From contig CAKVHI010000003.1 in assembly GCA_934747965.1 (NCBI GenBank), positions 7,025 to 71,024 of the forward strand: 64,000 bases of DNA. Reading direction: 5' to 3'. This document shows, piece after piece, positions 46,025 to 56,600 of the stretch. The DNA is from an uncultured Clostridia bacterium. Its GTDB lineage: Bacteria > Bacillota > Clostridia > Christensenellales > UBA1242. A model generated the notes under the pieces. That model was given only the letters and a program-made list of their open reading frames with translations. It ran no database searches and was not told the DNA's origin. Position numbers and translations under genes: made by a program. Every line of letters starts with the position of its first letter. Position 1 is the first letter of the stretch.

Positions 46025-47202
46025 TATTTCTTACCCCCTTTAAGTTGAATTGGCGAAATAGCTCTTAATTTTTCTATAATTTTTACCAATTTTTCAACAA
46101 CGAAGTCCATATCTTCTTTGGTGTTAGATTTTAAAATCGAAAATCTGATAGATCCGTTATTAAGTTCACTTGGAACACCCATAGCCTCAAGCACATGACT
46201 TGGTTCCAACGACCCACTAGTGCAAGCTGAGCCTGTTGAAGCACAAATTCCTTCCAAGTCAAGCATTGCTAACAAACTTTCTTTTTCAACACATTCAAAA
46301 CTTAGATTTAAAATATGTGGAAGTCTTTGATGAGGATGACCATTAAACTTAACGCCTGCAATTTTTGAACAAATTTCATTTTGAAGATAATCTCTTAAGC
46401 CCTTAAGTTTTGTGTTAACTGCGTGCATATCTCTGTTTGCAATTTCTGCAGCCTTTCCAAAGCCGACAATCGCTGGTGTGTTTAAAGTACCACCTCGTTT
46501 GCCTCGTTCTTGATTTCCACCAATTATAAGGTTATCAATTTTAGTCCCTTTTTTAACATACAAACATCCTGCACCTTTGGGACCATAAATTTTATGACTA
46601 GAAATTGTTAAAGCATCAATACCTATTTCTTCAACATTAATGTTTATGTGAGAATATGCTTGAACACAATCAGTATGAAAAATTATACCCTCTTTTTCAT
46701 GACAAGTTTGAGCGATTGCTTTTAAATGTTCAATAGTTCCAACTTCATTATTTGCTGCTTGAATAGAAACCAAAATAGTTTCATCACAAATATAATGCAT
46801 TAAATCGGCAAGTTTAACAATACCTGTTTCATCAACATCTAAATATGTAACCCTAAAACCTTCTTTTTCAAGTTGCTTACAAGCCTCTAATATGCTGTGA
46901 TGCTCAATTTTTGAAGTGATAATATGATTACCTTTACTTGAATTTGCATAAGCTAGACCTCTTATTGCCCAGTTATTAGCTTCTGTTCCACCAGATGTAA
47001 AATAAATTTCATTAGGTTTTGCATTAATAGTTTTTGCAATTCTTTCCCTAGACTCATCAACCTTTGCGTTTGCATATTGACCCATTGCATGCAAACTTGA
47101 TGGATTTGCAAAATTAGCATTAAACATTGGCATCATTTCAGACAACACTTCACTGTTTACATAAGTTGTTGCTGCCGAATCTAAATAAACTTTTCTTTCC
47201 AT
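46024..47202 (-). CDS. nifS: Cysteine desulfurase NifS/IscS
   Basis: SSHKIYGPKGAG PLP lysine and the STGSACTSGSLEPSHVL active-site loop. Confidence 0.95.
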   Translation of the reverse strand: MERKVYLDSAATTYVNSEVLSEMMPMFNANFANPSSLHAMGQYANAKVDESRERIAKTINAKPNEIYFTSGGTEANNWAIRGLAYANSSKGNHIITSKIEHHSILEACKQLEKEGFRVTYLDVDETGIVKLADLMHYICDETILVSIQAANNEVGTIEHLKAIAQTCHEKEGIIFHTDCVQAYSHININVEEIGIDALTISSHKIYGPKGAGCLYVKKGTKIDNLIIGGNQERGKRGGTLNTPAIVGFGKAAEIANRDMHAVNTKLKGLRDYLQNEICSKIAGVKFNGHPHQRLPHILNLSFECVEKESLLAMLDLEGICASTGSACTSGSLEPSHVLEAMGVPSELNNGSIRFSILKSNTKEDMDFVVEKLVKIIEKLRAISPIQLKGGKK

Positions 47203-47294
47203 AATAACTCCTAATAAAATGCTATCACTTTAGCCAAAATTTGTCAATACTCAATTTTAATTTTTAATGAAATTAAAGACAATTTTTTGACAAT

Positions 47295-47609
47295 TTAGTT
47301 TTTAACCATATCAACGATAAAATCTTTGTTTTTAAGACCTATTGCTCTTTTAACTTCTTTCCCGTCTTTAAACAAAATTAATGTTGGAACACTCATAACA
47401 CCATAACTTTTTGCAAGGTCAAAACTTTCATCAATATCAACTTTACAAATTTGCTCGTTTTCAAGTTCATTATTAACTTCTTCTAGTATTGGCGCTAACA
47501 TTTTACAAGGTCCACACCAAGAAGCATAAAAATCAACCAAAACTGTTCCGCCTTGCTCCATAACAATATCATTAAATTCTTCAATACCTATATGTTTAAT
47601 TTCTTTCAT
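47295..47609 (-). CDS. trxA: Thioredoxin
   Basis: WCGPCK active site; 104 aa. Confidence 0.95.
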   Translation of the reverse strand: MKEIKHIGIEEFNDIVMEQGGTVLVDFYASWCGPCKMLAPILEEVNNELENEQICKVDIDESFDLAKSYGVMSVPTLILFKDGKEVKRAIGLKNKDFIVDMVKN

Positions 47610-47752
47610 AAATAACTCCTTTTAACATAAATTTATAATCTATTTTACCCATTTAATAAATTTTTATTGTAGATAATTTTTGAATAAAAATAATTTAAAA
47701 TGCATAATTATACAAGCCTATTAAAATTTGATAAACAAATATTTACTCAATT

Positions 47753-48436
47753 TTAGTTGTTTATTATATCATTAATAACAAAACTAGCAATAGTAATTCC
47801 GCACAAAGCAACATTATAACTTATAGAAAACACTTTAGTTTTGTCCGTGGTGTTATCACTTGCACTGTCGGTTGAGCAAACAGTTAAATTTTTTATCCCC
47901 AATTTTCTAAGTTCAAGCCTTAGTTTCCGAGCCAAAGCATTGTTTTGAGTTTTGTATATATCCAAAATTTTGAATGTAGTTGACTTATACCTGTTTCCTG
48001 CACCCATTGATGAAATTATGTTAATATTATTTTTTTTACAATATTCAATTAAAGCAAGTTTGTCTTTAAAACTGTCTATACAATCAATAACATAATCATA
48101 TTGAGAAAGGTAAAAATCATCCAAATTCTCTTTACAAACCCTTTCTGTTGAAATATGCAAATTTATGCATGGATTAATATCCAAAATACGGTCTTTAAAA
48201 GCACTCACTTTAAAATGTCCAACATTAGAATTAGTTGCGATAATTTGTCTGTTAATATTGCTGTCATTAATTTTATCAAAATCAATAATTGTTAGATTAT
48301 TCACCCCGCTTCTAACAAGCATTTCAACAACATAGCCACCAACTCCACCAACACCAAAAACTATAATTTTTTTGCTCTGAATTTTGTCAAAATTATTGCT
48401 GCCTATCAAATTAATTGTCCGCTCAAATGCACTCAT
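47753..48436 (-). CDS. tcdA: tRNA threonylcarbamoyladenosine dehydratase (ThiF/E1-like)
   Basis: VFGVGGVGGYVVEMLVRSGV...IDFDKINDSNINRQ. Confidence 0.85.
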   Translation of the reverse strand: MSAFERTINLIGSNNFDKIQSKKIIVFGVGGVGGYVVEMLVRSGVNNLTIIDFDKINDSNINRQIIATNSNVGHFKVSAFKDRILDINPCINLHISTERVCKENLDDFYLSQYDYVIDCIDSFKDKLALIEYCKKNNINIISSMGAGNRYKSTTFKILDIYKTQNNALARKLRLELRKLGIKNLTVCSTDSASDNTTDKTKVFSISYNVALCGITIASFVINDIINN

Positions 48437-48442
48437 ATAATT

Positions 48443-48471
48443 ATTATATCAATTTATAACTAGCAAGTCAA
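48443..48471 (-). promoter_or_regulatory. Consensus promoter TTGACT-N17-(TGa)TATAAT ending 6 nt before the tcdA ATG
   Basis: Hexamers read on the minus strand. No SD. Confidence 0.6.
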
Positions 48472-48481
48472 ATGCTATAAA

Positions 48482-48512
48482 AAAATCCTAAACAAATTGT
48501 TTAAGATTTTTT
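48482..48512 (-). terminator. hslU terminator
   Basis: AATCTTAAACAA-TTT-GTTTAGGATT + T7, on the minus strand. Confidence 0.7.
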
Positions 48513-48614
48513 ATTACTTAAAAATCATGTATAAATGAAAAGAAAATGTTTTAAATATTTTTTGTGGTTTTGTTTGCGTAAGTTAAATCTACCACTTAAT
48601 TAGTTTTAAAAAAT

Positions 48615-49922
48615 TTATAGAATAAATTTATTCAAGTCAAATTTTTTGATAGTAGAATCAAATGTTTTGTCAACATAAGCCTTGTCAATAACCATTTTAA
48701 ACGGCTCAAAACTTCCGTCAGCATTAAAACTTATGTCCTCAATAAGTTTTTCAATAATCGTGTGAAGTCTTCTTGCACCAATATTTTCACTTGTTTCATT
48801 TTCATGCTCAGAAATCAAAGCAATTTCTTCAATAGCATCTTGCGTAAATTCAAGTTCAATGTTATCGACCTTTAAAAGTTCTTCATATTGCATCGTTATT
48901 GCATTCTTAGGCTCAGTTAAAATCTTAACAAAGTCTTCTTTTGTTAAGTTCGTAAGTTCAACTCTAATCGGAAATCTTCCTTGAAGTTCAGGAATAAGAT
49001 TTTCTACCGCTGCAATGTGGAAAGCACCCGCTGCAATAAACAAAATATAATCGGTTTTTATTGTTCCATATTTGGTTGTAACCGAACAACCTTCAACAAA
49101 AGGAAGAATATCTCTTTGAACACCTTCGCGAGAAACATCTTGACTGTTAGAGCTACCTTTAACGGCTATTTTGTCGATTTCATCAATAAAGATTATTCCT
49201 TCTTGTTCGGCTCTTTTTATGGCTTCGGCATTTACGCTTTCCATATCGATAAGTTTAGAGCTTTCTTCATCCAAAAGTTCTTTTTTTGCTTGTTTAACTG
49301 TCATTTTACGCTTTTTTCTTGCTCCACCCGGCATCATATTAGAAAAAATATCCCCAAGATTAATTTCATTTGCACTGGCGATTGATATTTCCATTGCTTG
49401 AGGTTTAACTTGAACATCAAGTTCTATTGTTTCATCGTCATAATCACCATTTTCTAATGCTTTTTTAATACGGTCTTTATCTTCATCTATCAAAGCATTA
49501 GGGTCTTTTTTTATTGGATAAACAATATTAAAAAGTTTACTCAAAACACTAGGCATGGCTTTTTCTTTCACGCTTTGCATTTTTTCTTCTTTAACCATTC
49601 TGACCGAAACTTCAACCAAATCTCTAATCATGCTCTCGCAATCTCTTCCAACATACCCAACTTCAGTAAATTTTGTTGCTTCAACCTTAACAAAAGGCGC
49701 TTTAACAAGTTTTGCAAGTCTTCTTGCAATCTCTGTTTTACCAACCCCTGTTGGACCTTTCATAATAATATTTTTTGGTGTAATTTCTTCTTGAAGTTCT
49801 TGTGGAAGTTTGCTTCTTCTGTATCTGTTTCTAAGAGCCACCGCAACGGCTTTTTTGGCTTCATTTTGACCAATAATATATTTATCTAATTCATTAACAA
49901 TTTGTTTTGGACTTAAATTCAT
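48615..49922 (-). CDS. hslU: ATP-dependent protease ATPase subunit HslU
   Basis: PKNIIMKGPTGVGKTEIARRLA and IIFIDEIDKIA, with an I-domain insertion. Confidence 0.97.
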   Translation of the reverse strand: MNLSPKQIVNELDKYIIGQNEAKKAVAVALRNRYRRSKLPQELQEEITPKNIIMKGPTGVGKTEIARRLAKLVKAPFVKVEATKFTEVGYVGRDCESMIRDLVEVSVRMVKEEKMQSVKEKAMPSVLSKLFNIVYPIKKDPNALIDEDKDRIKKALENGDYDDETIELDVQVKPQAMEISIASANEINLGDIFSNMMPGGARKKRKMTVKQAKKELLDEESSKLIDMESVNAEAIKRAEQEGIIFIDEIDKIAVKGSSNSQDVSREGVQRDILPFVEGCSVTTKYGTIKTDYILFIAAGAFHIAAVENLIPELQGRFPIRVELTNLTKEDFVKILTEPKNAITMQYEELLKVDNIELEFTQDAIEEIALISEHENETSENIGARRLHTIIEKLIEDISFNADGSFEPFKMVIDKAYVDKTFDSTIKKFDLNKFIL

Positions 49923-49932
49923 AATTTTCTCC

Positions 49933-50469
49933 TTAAACCTTTTCTAGTGTGATATGGTCATTTGTATAAACACAAATGCTTGAAGCAATATTAAGTGCTT
50001 TTCTTGCAATTTCTTCACTAGAAAGTTCAGTATTTTCCATTAATGCTTTGGCTGCCGCATAAGCGTAATTTCCACCACTTCCAATCGCACATATATCGCA
50101 ATCTGGCTCAACAACTTCACCTGTTCCGCTAATAACCAAAATTTTTTCTTTGTCTGCAACAATCATCATTGCTTCCAATTTTCTTGCAATTTCATCTCGC
50201 CTAAACTGAACAGCAAGTTCAACAGCACTTCGCATTAAATTTCCAGAAAACTTGTTAAGCATCTCTTCAAACCTAGAGCTTAAACTAAAAGCATCCGCAA
50301 CAGATCCTGCAAAGCCTATTACCACTTTATCATTATAAATTCTTCTAACTTTAACTGCACTACTTTTCATAATAATGCTTTGACTCATCGTTACTTGACC
50401 ATCACCGGCAATAACAGTTTCATTATTCCTTTTAACCGCAACAATAGTTGTTCCTTTAAGTTGTTCCAT
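49933..50469 (-). CDS. hslV: ATP-dependent protease subunit HslV (with a 6-aa propeptide before TTIV)
   Basis: GTTIVAVKRN...GDGQVT...GFAGSVADAF. Confidence 0.95.
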   Translation of the reverse strand: MEQLKGTTIVAVKRNNETVIAGDGQVTMSQSIIMKSSAVKVRRIYNDKVVIGFAGSVADAFSLSSRFEEMLNKFSGNLMRSAVELAVQFRRDEIARKLEAMMIVADKEKILVISGTGEVVEPDCDICAIGSGGNYAYAAAKALMENTELSSEEIARKALNIASSICVYTNDHITLEKV

Positions 50470-51763
50470 TAATTTCCTCCTTAATTTTGTTAATATAGTT
50501 TAAACTATTATTAACTAATTCTAACTTATTTTTACATATTTGTCTATTAATATTACTCATTAAAACTCCAAAATTTGTATTCATTGGCTGAAAATGTTTC
50601 GGATTAAAATGAGTAATAAAATATGGTAGCCCACCAATGCAAGTGAAATTTGGAAGAATAAAAGGTGGCTTTCCACTTAAATAATTAAACATATTAATTC
50701 CAGCATACAAACCACTCGAAATTGATTCAACATAACCTTCAACTCCACTTAATTGCCCAACAACAAAAATATTTGGATATTTTTTTAATTGAAAAGTTTG
50801 AGTTAAATTTAAGGGAGCATTAATAAATGTGTTTTTGTGCATTTGTCCGTATCTCACAAACTCTGCATTTTTAAGTGCAGGAATTAACGAAAATACTCTT
50901 TTTTGTTCGCCAAATTTTAAATTTGTTTGAAAGCCCACCAAATTATACATATTCCCGCTTGCGTTTTCTTTTCTTAATTGCACAACAGCATAGGGTCTTT
51001 TGTCTGTTTTCGGGTCTATTAAACCAACTGGTTTTAGTGGTCCAAACAAAAGGGCTTTCTCGCCTCGTTTTGCCAAAACTTCAACAGCCATACACCCTTC
51101 AAAAACCTTTTTATTTTCAAAATCTTCAAGCGGTGCTGTTTGAGCATTAATCAGTTCTTTATAAAAAATTTCGTATTCTTCTTTTGTCATCGGACAGTTA
51201 ATATAGTCATCATCGCCTTTTTGGTATCTGTCTTGAACAAAATAATTGTTTTTATCAAGACTATCAAAACCAACAATAGGGCTCATGGCATCAAAAAAAT
51301 ATAAACTATCATCATTCAAAAGATTTTTTAAACTTTCAAGCAATTTTTCACTCGTAAGTGGTCCAGTTGCAATAATCGTAGGCACATTAACGTCAATTTC
51401 TTCAATTTCTTGGCTAACAAAATTCAGATTTTCAAAACTTTTTAATTTTTCAGTTACTTTTTTAGAAAATAATTCTCTGTCAACAGCCAAACTTTGCCCA
51501 GCAGGAACCTCAGTTTCATACGCAACGCTCAAAAGCAAACTATCTAACAAGTTAAGTTCTTGTTTTAAAAGCCCCTTACAACTTTCTGGATTTTTTGATT
51601 TTAAGCTGTTAGAGCACACAAGTTCAGCAAAATTTGGGTTTGAATGGGCAGGAGAAAATTTGTTTGGCTTCATGTCAAACAAATTTACTTTAACGCCACG
51701 CTTCAAAAGTTGATATGCCGATTCACAACCAGCAAGACCAGCACCAATAATGTTAACTGTCAA
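50456..51763 (-). CDS. trmFO: Methylenetetrahydrofolate-tRNA-(uracil-5)-methyltransferase TrmFO
   Basis: VNIIGAGLAGCESAYQL FAD motif and GQLSGVEGYVESISSG. Confidence 0.95.
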   Translation of the reverse strand: MTVNIIGAGLAGCESAYQLLKRGVKVNLFDMKPNKFSPAHSNPNFAELVCSNSLKSKNPESCKGLLKQELNLLDSLLLSVAYETEVPAGQSLAVDRELFSKKVTEKLKSFENLNFVSQEIEEIDVNVPTIIATGPLTSEKLLESLKNLLNDDSLYFFDAMSPIVGFDSLDKNNYFVQDRYQKGDDDYINCPMTKEEYEIFYKELINAQTAPLEDFENKKVFEGCMAVEVLAKRGEKALLFGPLKPVGLIDPKTDKRPYAVVQLRKENASGNMYNLVGFQTNLKFGEQKRVFSLIPALKNAEFVRYGQMHKNTFINAPLNLTQTFQLKKYPNIFVVGQLSGVEGYVESISSGLYAGINMFNYLSGKPPFILPNFTCIGGLPYFITHFNPKHFQPMNTNFGVLMSNINRQICKNKLELVNNSLNYINKIKEEINGTT

Positions 51764-53855
51764 TTTTCTTCCCCTTTTCGATTTTTACAATGTTTTTGCA
51801 TTTAGGATAATTAGGACAAGCATAGAAATAGCCAAATTTCCCTTTTTTTAAGGTCATGTTTGCACCGCACTTTTCACAAATAACAATTTTTTCTGGGTCA
51901 ACACCTTCGGGATAAATATTTTTAATAAAATCACACTTAGGATAATTTGAACAACCCAAAAATTTCCCAAATTTCCCTTGTTTTTCAACCATTTTTGCAC
52001 CGCACTTTTCGCAAATTATGTCCGTAATTTTGTCCTCTTTTTTTTCAGTCCCGTCAACATTTTTTATGTTTTTGCATTTTGGATAGTTAGGGCAAGCCAA
52101 AAATTTCCCATACTTGCTTTCCCTCTCAACCATTCTAGCACCACATTTTTCACAAATAACATCACTAACTTTTACTTCGCCAACACTAGCGCCCGCACTT
52201 TTAAGTTGCGGAACAAATTTTTGATAAAAACCGTCAATAAGTTTATGCCAATCTCTTTTTCCTTCAGCAATTTCATCTAATGCCGTTTCCATTTGAGCGG
52301 TAAAATTGATATTTATTGTTTTTGAAAAATTCTTTTCCAAAAACTCCATAACTTTAAAGGCTGTTTCGGTTGGCACTATGCTCTTTCCGTCTTTATTGCA
52401 ATATCTTGAAAGCAAAACATTAATAGTTGCAGCATAAGTCGCAGGTCTTCCAATACCTTTGTCTTCCATTGCCTTAACTATTGATGCTTCAGTATATCTA
52501 GGTTCTGGTTTTGTAAATTTTTGTTCAGGCAAAAATTCTAAAACTTTTAAGTTATCATTATTTTCAAGCGGTGGAAGTTTCACTTCATTTTCTTTATCTT
52601 TATCAACATAAACTGCTGTATAACCCAAAAATTTTGGAGTTTTTCCATTCACTTTAAAAATATAATCCCCAGCACTAATTTCAACACTTACACTGTTATA
52701 TTCAGCCTCACTCATTTGGCTTGCCAAAAAGCGGTTATAAATCAATTTATAAAGTTTATACAAATCATTATCAATTTTATCTTTCAAACTTTCAGGGGTT
52801 CGATTTATGTCAATCGGTCTTATTGCTTCGTGTGCATCTTGAGCATCATCTTTAGACTTATAAACATTAAATCTTTTAGGTGCAAAATTTTCGCCAAATT
52901 TTTCTTGAATAAAACTTCTTGCTTTTATTTGAGCACCTTCACTAACTCTTGTAGAGTCTGACCTGATGTAGGTTACTAATGCAATTTTGCCTTCGCCCAA
53001 AATATCTGTGCCTGCATACAAAGTTTGAGCAAGACTTGTTGTTTTTTTAACACTAAAATTAAGTTTATTGCCAGCATCTTGTTGCATTGTTGAAGTTGTG
53101 AAAGGTGGTTGAGGTTTGCTTTTTGTTACTGTTTTTTTAACATTTTTTACAATAAAGTTTTGATTTTTAAGTTCATCTAAAACCTTATCCATTTCTTCTT
53201 TATTTTTTATTTTTTCATCATTTTTTAAATTTAGTTGAGCCTTAAAATTAGGTTTTTCGCCGACTTTTTCCAAGTTCGCATTAAGAGTCCAATATTCTTC
53301 TGGCTTAAATGCCAAAATTTCTTTTTCTCTGTCAACAATAAGTTTTAAAGCCGCACTTTGAACACGACCTGCACTTAGGTTCGGTTTAATCTTTTTGCAT
53401 AAAATCGGAGAAATTTTGTAACCCACAAGTCTGTCCAAAACCCTTCGTGCTTGTTGAGCATTAACAAGGTCTTGATCAATAATTCGTGGCTCTTGCAAAG
53501 CCTTGTTAATGGTGTCTTTATCAATACTGTTAAAAGCAACCCTTACTTTTTTGTTTGGATCTAAATTTAAAATTGTGGCAATATGATATGCTATGGCTTC
53601 ACCTTCTCTATCCGGGTCGGTTGCAATAAAAATATTATCGGCTTTCTTTGCCAAATTGATAAGTTGATTAACAACCTTTTGTTTGTCTGGCATTATTTCA
53701 TAAATTGGTTCGTAATTATTGTTTATTTGAACAGCCAAACTTTTTGTAGGCAAATCTCTAACATGACCAACAGTTGCAAAAACCTTAAAATCTTTTCCAA
53801 GATATTTATTAACTGATTCTTCCTTGTTAGGTGCTTCTATAATAAATAAATTCAT
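51753..53855 (-). CDS. topA: DNA topoisomerase I
   Basis: TOPRIM (LFIIEAPNK, ATDPDREGEAIA), active-site YIRSDS, and three C-terminal CxxC...CxxC zinc ribbons. Confidence 0.97.
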   Translation of the reverse strand: MNLFIIEAPNKEESVNKYLGKDFKVFATVGHVRDLPTKSLAVQINNNYEPIYEIMPDKQKVVNQLINLAKKADNIFIATDPDREGEAIAYHIATILNLDPNKKVRVAFNSIDKDTINKALQEPRIIDQDLVNAQQARRVLDRLVGYKISPILCKKIKPNLSAGRVQSAALKLIVDREKEILAFKPEEYWTLNANLEKVGEKPNFKAQLNLKNDEKIKNKEEMDKVLDELKNQNFIVKNVKKTVTKSKPQPPFTTSTMQQDAGNKLNFSVKKTTSLAQTLYAGTDILGEGKIALVTYIRSDSTRVSEGAQIKARSFIQEKFGENFAPKRFNVYKSKDDAQDAHEAIRPIDINRTPESLKDKIDNDLYKLYKLIYNRFLASQMSEAEYNSVSVEISAGDYIFKVNGKTPKFLGYTAVYVDKDKENEVKLPPLENNDNLKVLEFLPEQKFTKPEPRYTEASIVKAMEDKGIGRPATYAATINVLLSRYCNKDGKSIVPTETAFKVMEFLEKNFSKTININFTAQMETALDEIAEGKRDWHKLIDGFYQKFVPQLKSAGASVGEVKVSDVICEKCGARMVERESKYGKFLACPNYPKCKNIKNVDGTEKKEDKITDIICEKCGAKMVEKQGKFGKFLGCSNYPKCDFIKNIYPEGVDPEKIVICEKCGANMTLKKGKFGYFYACPNYPKCKNIVKIEKGKKIDS

Positions 53856-53863
53856 AAAACTCC

Positions 53864-54958
53864 TTAAAGCGAGTAAATATTGCCCGCCAATTTTTTAATT
53901 ATTCCACGAATAGTCATCATTGTCAACAAATTTGTTAGGGTTTTAACATCAAAATTGGTTTTTAGCAAAATTTCGTCAAAAGTTTGCTCTCCACACTTTA
54001 AAATTTCAAAAATCATTGCTTCATCCAAATTAAGTTGCACAGTTTTTGGCTTAATTTTGTATTTAGGCTTGTTAAAAACCTCCAAAATATCGTTAACATT
54101 CAAAACTATTGTCCCTTGCATACTCTTAATCAAACTATTGCAGCCTTCACTTTGGCTGTTTGTAATGTTGCCCGGAACAACAAACAATTCTTTTCCAAAT
54201 TCTAGAGCATATTCTTTCGTGTGCATAGTTCCACTTTTCAAACTCGCTTCCGTAATCAAAACCCCACCCGACAGTGCAGCAATAATTCTGTTTCGTATCG
54301 GGAAATCATAATTTTGCGCCGAATAACAAGGTGGTTTTTCGGTTAATAACAACCCAGTTTTTGCAATTTCTTCGCTAAGTTTTGTGTTCAAAACGGGATA
54401 AATTTTGTCAAGCCCACCTGCCACAACGGCAATAGTTTTTCCTCCTGCTTTCAAGCAAGCCTTGTGTGAAATTGTGTCAACGCCATCCGCAAGTCCGCTA
54501 ACAATGTTAAAACCGTTTTCTGAAAGTTCTGTAGAAAATTTTTCAGTTATTTCTTTTCCGTAATTAGTTGGCTTTCGTGTTCCTACCATTGCGATGTTAA
54601 GATTTTTAGTGCAGTCTAGCAAGGTTATATCACCCTTGCAATATAGCACAAGCGGTGGGTTATTTTCTTCTCCAATATTTTTTAAATTTTCAGGGTAATT
54701 ATCACTGTAAAGTGTGATTATTTTTATTCCCTTACTTAAAAGTGAATTTATATAATCATCAACATTATTGTTTTTTAAGTCAATTTGCATTTTTGAAAAT
54801 TGAGAATAAGAAATAAATTTGTCAATTTTTCCAAAACTAGAAATAAACTCATTAAAAAAGTTTTCCGAAAAAAGTGTATCAAAAATTTTAACACGCTTTT
54901 TGTATGTTAAAAATTCAAATTTATCTAACCAAATTAACACTTTTTCTTCAATCTTCAA
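53864..54958 (-). CDS. dprA: DNA processing protein DprA
   Basis: AMVGTRKPTNYG, SGLADGVDT and FPIRNRIIAALS Rossmann-like core. TTG start. Confidence 0.9.
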   Translation of the reverse strand: MKIEEKVLIWLDKFEFLTYKKRVKIFDTLFSENFFNEFISSFGKIDKFISYSQFSKMQIDLKNNNVDDYINSLLSKGIKIITLYSDNYPENLKNIGEENNPPLVLYCKGDITLLDCTKNLNIAMVGTRKPTNYGKEITEKFSTELSENGFNIVSGLADGVDTISHKACLKAGGKTIAVVAGGLDKIYPVLNTKLSEEIAKTGLLLTEKPPCYSAQNYDFPIRNRIIAALSGGVLITEASLKSGTMHTKEYALEFGKELFVVPGNITNSQSEGCNSLIKSMQGTIVLNVNDILEVFNKPKYKIKPKTVQLNLDEAMIFEILKCGEQTFDEILLKTNFDVKTLTNLLTMMTIRGIIKKLAGNIYSL

Positions 54959-54961
54959 TTC

Positions 54962-56497
54962 TTACACCCAAAATTTATTGTCTAATGTTCTGTAACTAAT
55001 CGCTTCCAGAATATGACTTTCTTTAATATTTTCTTCGCCATCTAAATCGGCAATAGTTCGTGCCACTTTCAAAATTCTATTGTTCGCTCTTGCAGTTAAA
55101 TTATAAGTTTCAAAAGCCGTTTTCATAATTTTTTGACATTCTTCACTTAATTTGCAATATTTTGTGCACATTTTGTTTGTCATGCTTGCATTATTAAACA
55201 CATTAGCATTTTTAAATCTTTCAGTTTGTATTTTTCTTGCCTTGTCTACCCTTTGTTTTATTTGCTCACTCGTTTCTTCTTGCCTTGTTGATTGAAGGTC
55301 TGAATATTCAACACTTTCAACCTCAACATGCAAATCAATTCTGTCCATAATTGGTCCACTAAGTTTGTTCAAATATTTATGTATTTGACTTGCCGTGCAT
55401 TTACATTCATGCTTCTTACTTCCGTAATAACCACAAGGACAAGGGTTCATGCTGGCAATCAAATTAAATCTTGCGGGATATTCAACTGTTTGAGCAAGCC
55501 TAGAAACAGTTATAACACCATCTTCAAGTGGCTGACGCATTGCTTCAACAACACTTCGATTATATTCTGGAAGTTCATCCAAAAAAAGCACTCCGTTATG
55601 GGCAAGGCTAATTTCGCCCGGTTTAGCAAGCCTTCCGCCACCAGTCAATGCAACAATAGTTGCTGTGTGATGAGGTGCTCTAAAAGGTCTGTTCACAATA
55701 ATTCCGTCTTTACTATCTAAGGTTCCAGCCACACTATGAATTTTTGTAACTTCCAACGCTTCTTCAAATGTCATGTCTGGAAGGATTGTTGGAAAACATC
55801 TTGCAAGCATGGTTTTTCCGCTTCCCGGAGGTCCAATCATAAGCATATTATGTCCGCCAGCAGCAGCAATCTCTAATGCTCTCTTTGCCGTGTATTGCCC
55901 TTTAACTTGACTGAAGTCTTCAGCAAAAAAACTTTTTGATTTGATTTCTTGATATTTAGTTGCCTTTATAGGTTCACAACTTTTTTCTTTGTTTAAAAAT
56001 TCAACAACTTCTTTTAAGGTTTTAAAAGCATAAGTTTCAACCCCTTCAATAAAACTTGCTTCTTGTTTGTTTTCAAAAGGAATGATAACTTTTTTAAAGC
56101 CTGCTAGTCGCATAGAAATTAATATTGGCAAAATACCATTAACTTTTCTTAAATCGCCGTTCAATGAAAGTTCACCAATCAAAACAAAACTATTTATATC
56201 TTCATTTTTTATTTGGTCTGTTGCAACCAAAATTCCAACGGCTATTGCAAGGTCATAATAAGTGCCTTCTTTCTTTGTGTCGGCAGGAGCCAAATTTACC
56301 ACAATTTTATTTTTAGGAAATTCAAGACCTATTGTGTTTTTTATTGCACTTTTCACCCTTTCTTTACTTTCCTTAATTGCAGTGTCAGCAAGCCCAACCA
56401 CATCATAACCCGGAAGTCCGTTGTGAATGTCAACTTCAACTTGAACACTATAGCCATCAATTCCAATTAATCCAAAACTCAAAACTTTACTAATCAT
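54962..56497 (-). CDS. comM: YifB/ComM family Mg-chelatase-like AAA+ ATPase
   Basis: Lon-like N-terminal domain, GPPGSGKTM, and VLFLDELPE. Confidence 0.92.
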   Translation of the reverse strand: MISKVLSFGLIGIDGYSVQVEVDIHNGLPGYDVVGLADTAIKESKERVKSAIKNTIGLEFPKNKIVVNLAPADTKKEGTYYDLAIAVGILVATDQIKNEDINSFVLIGELSLNGDLRKVNGILPILISMRLAGFKKVIIPFENKQEASFIEGVETYAFKTLKEVVEFLNKEKSCEPIKATKYQEIKSKSFFAEDFSQVKGQYTAKRALEIAAAGGHNMLMIGPPGSGKTMLARCFPTILPDMTFEEALEVTKIHSVAGTLDSKDGIIVNRPFRAPHHTATIVALTGGGRLAKPGEISLAHNGVLFLDELPEYNRSVVEAMRQPLEDGVITVSRLAQTVEYPARFNLIASMNPCPCGYYGSKKHECKCTASQIHKYLNKLSGPIMDRIDLHVEVESVEYSDLQSTRQEETSEQIKQRVDKARKIQTERFKNANVFNNASMTNKMCTKYCKLSEECQKIMKTAFETYNLTARANNRILKVARTIADLDGEENIKESHILEAISYRTLDNKFWV

Positions 56498-56562
56498 TTG
56501 TCACCTAATTTTTATTATAACAAAATTTTTTAAATAAAAAAAACAAAATCAACCAATTAATT

Positions 56563-56594
56563 AAAAATGCCTTAACCAATTTTTAAGGCATAAA
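56563..56594 (-). terminator. nrdR terminator
   Basis: ATGCCTTAA-AAATTGG-TTAAGGCAT + T5, on the minus strand. Confidence 0.75.
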
Positions 56595-56600
56595 AACTAA

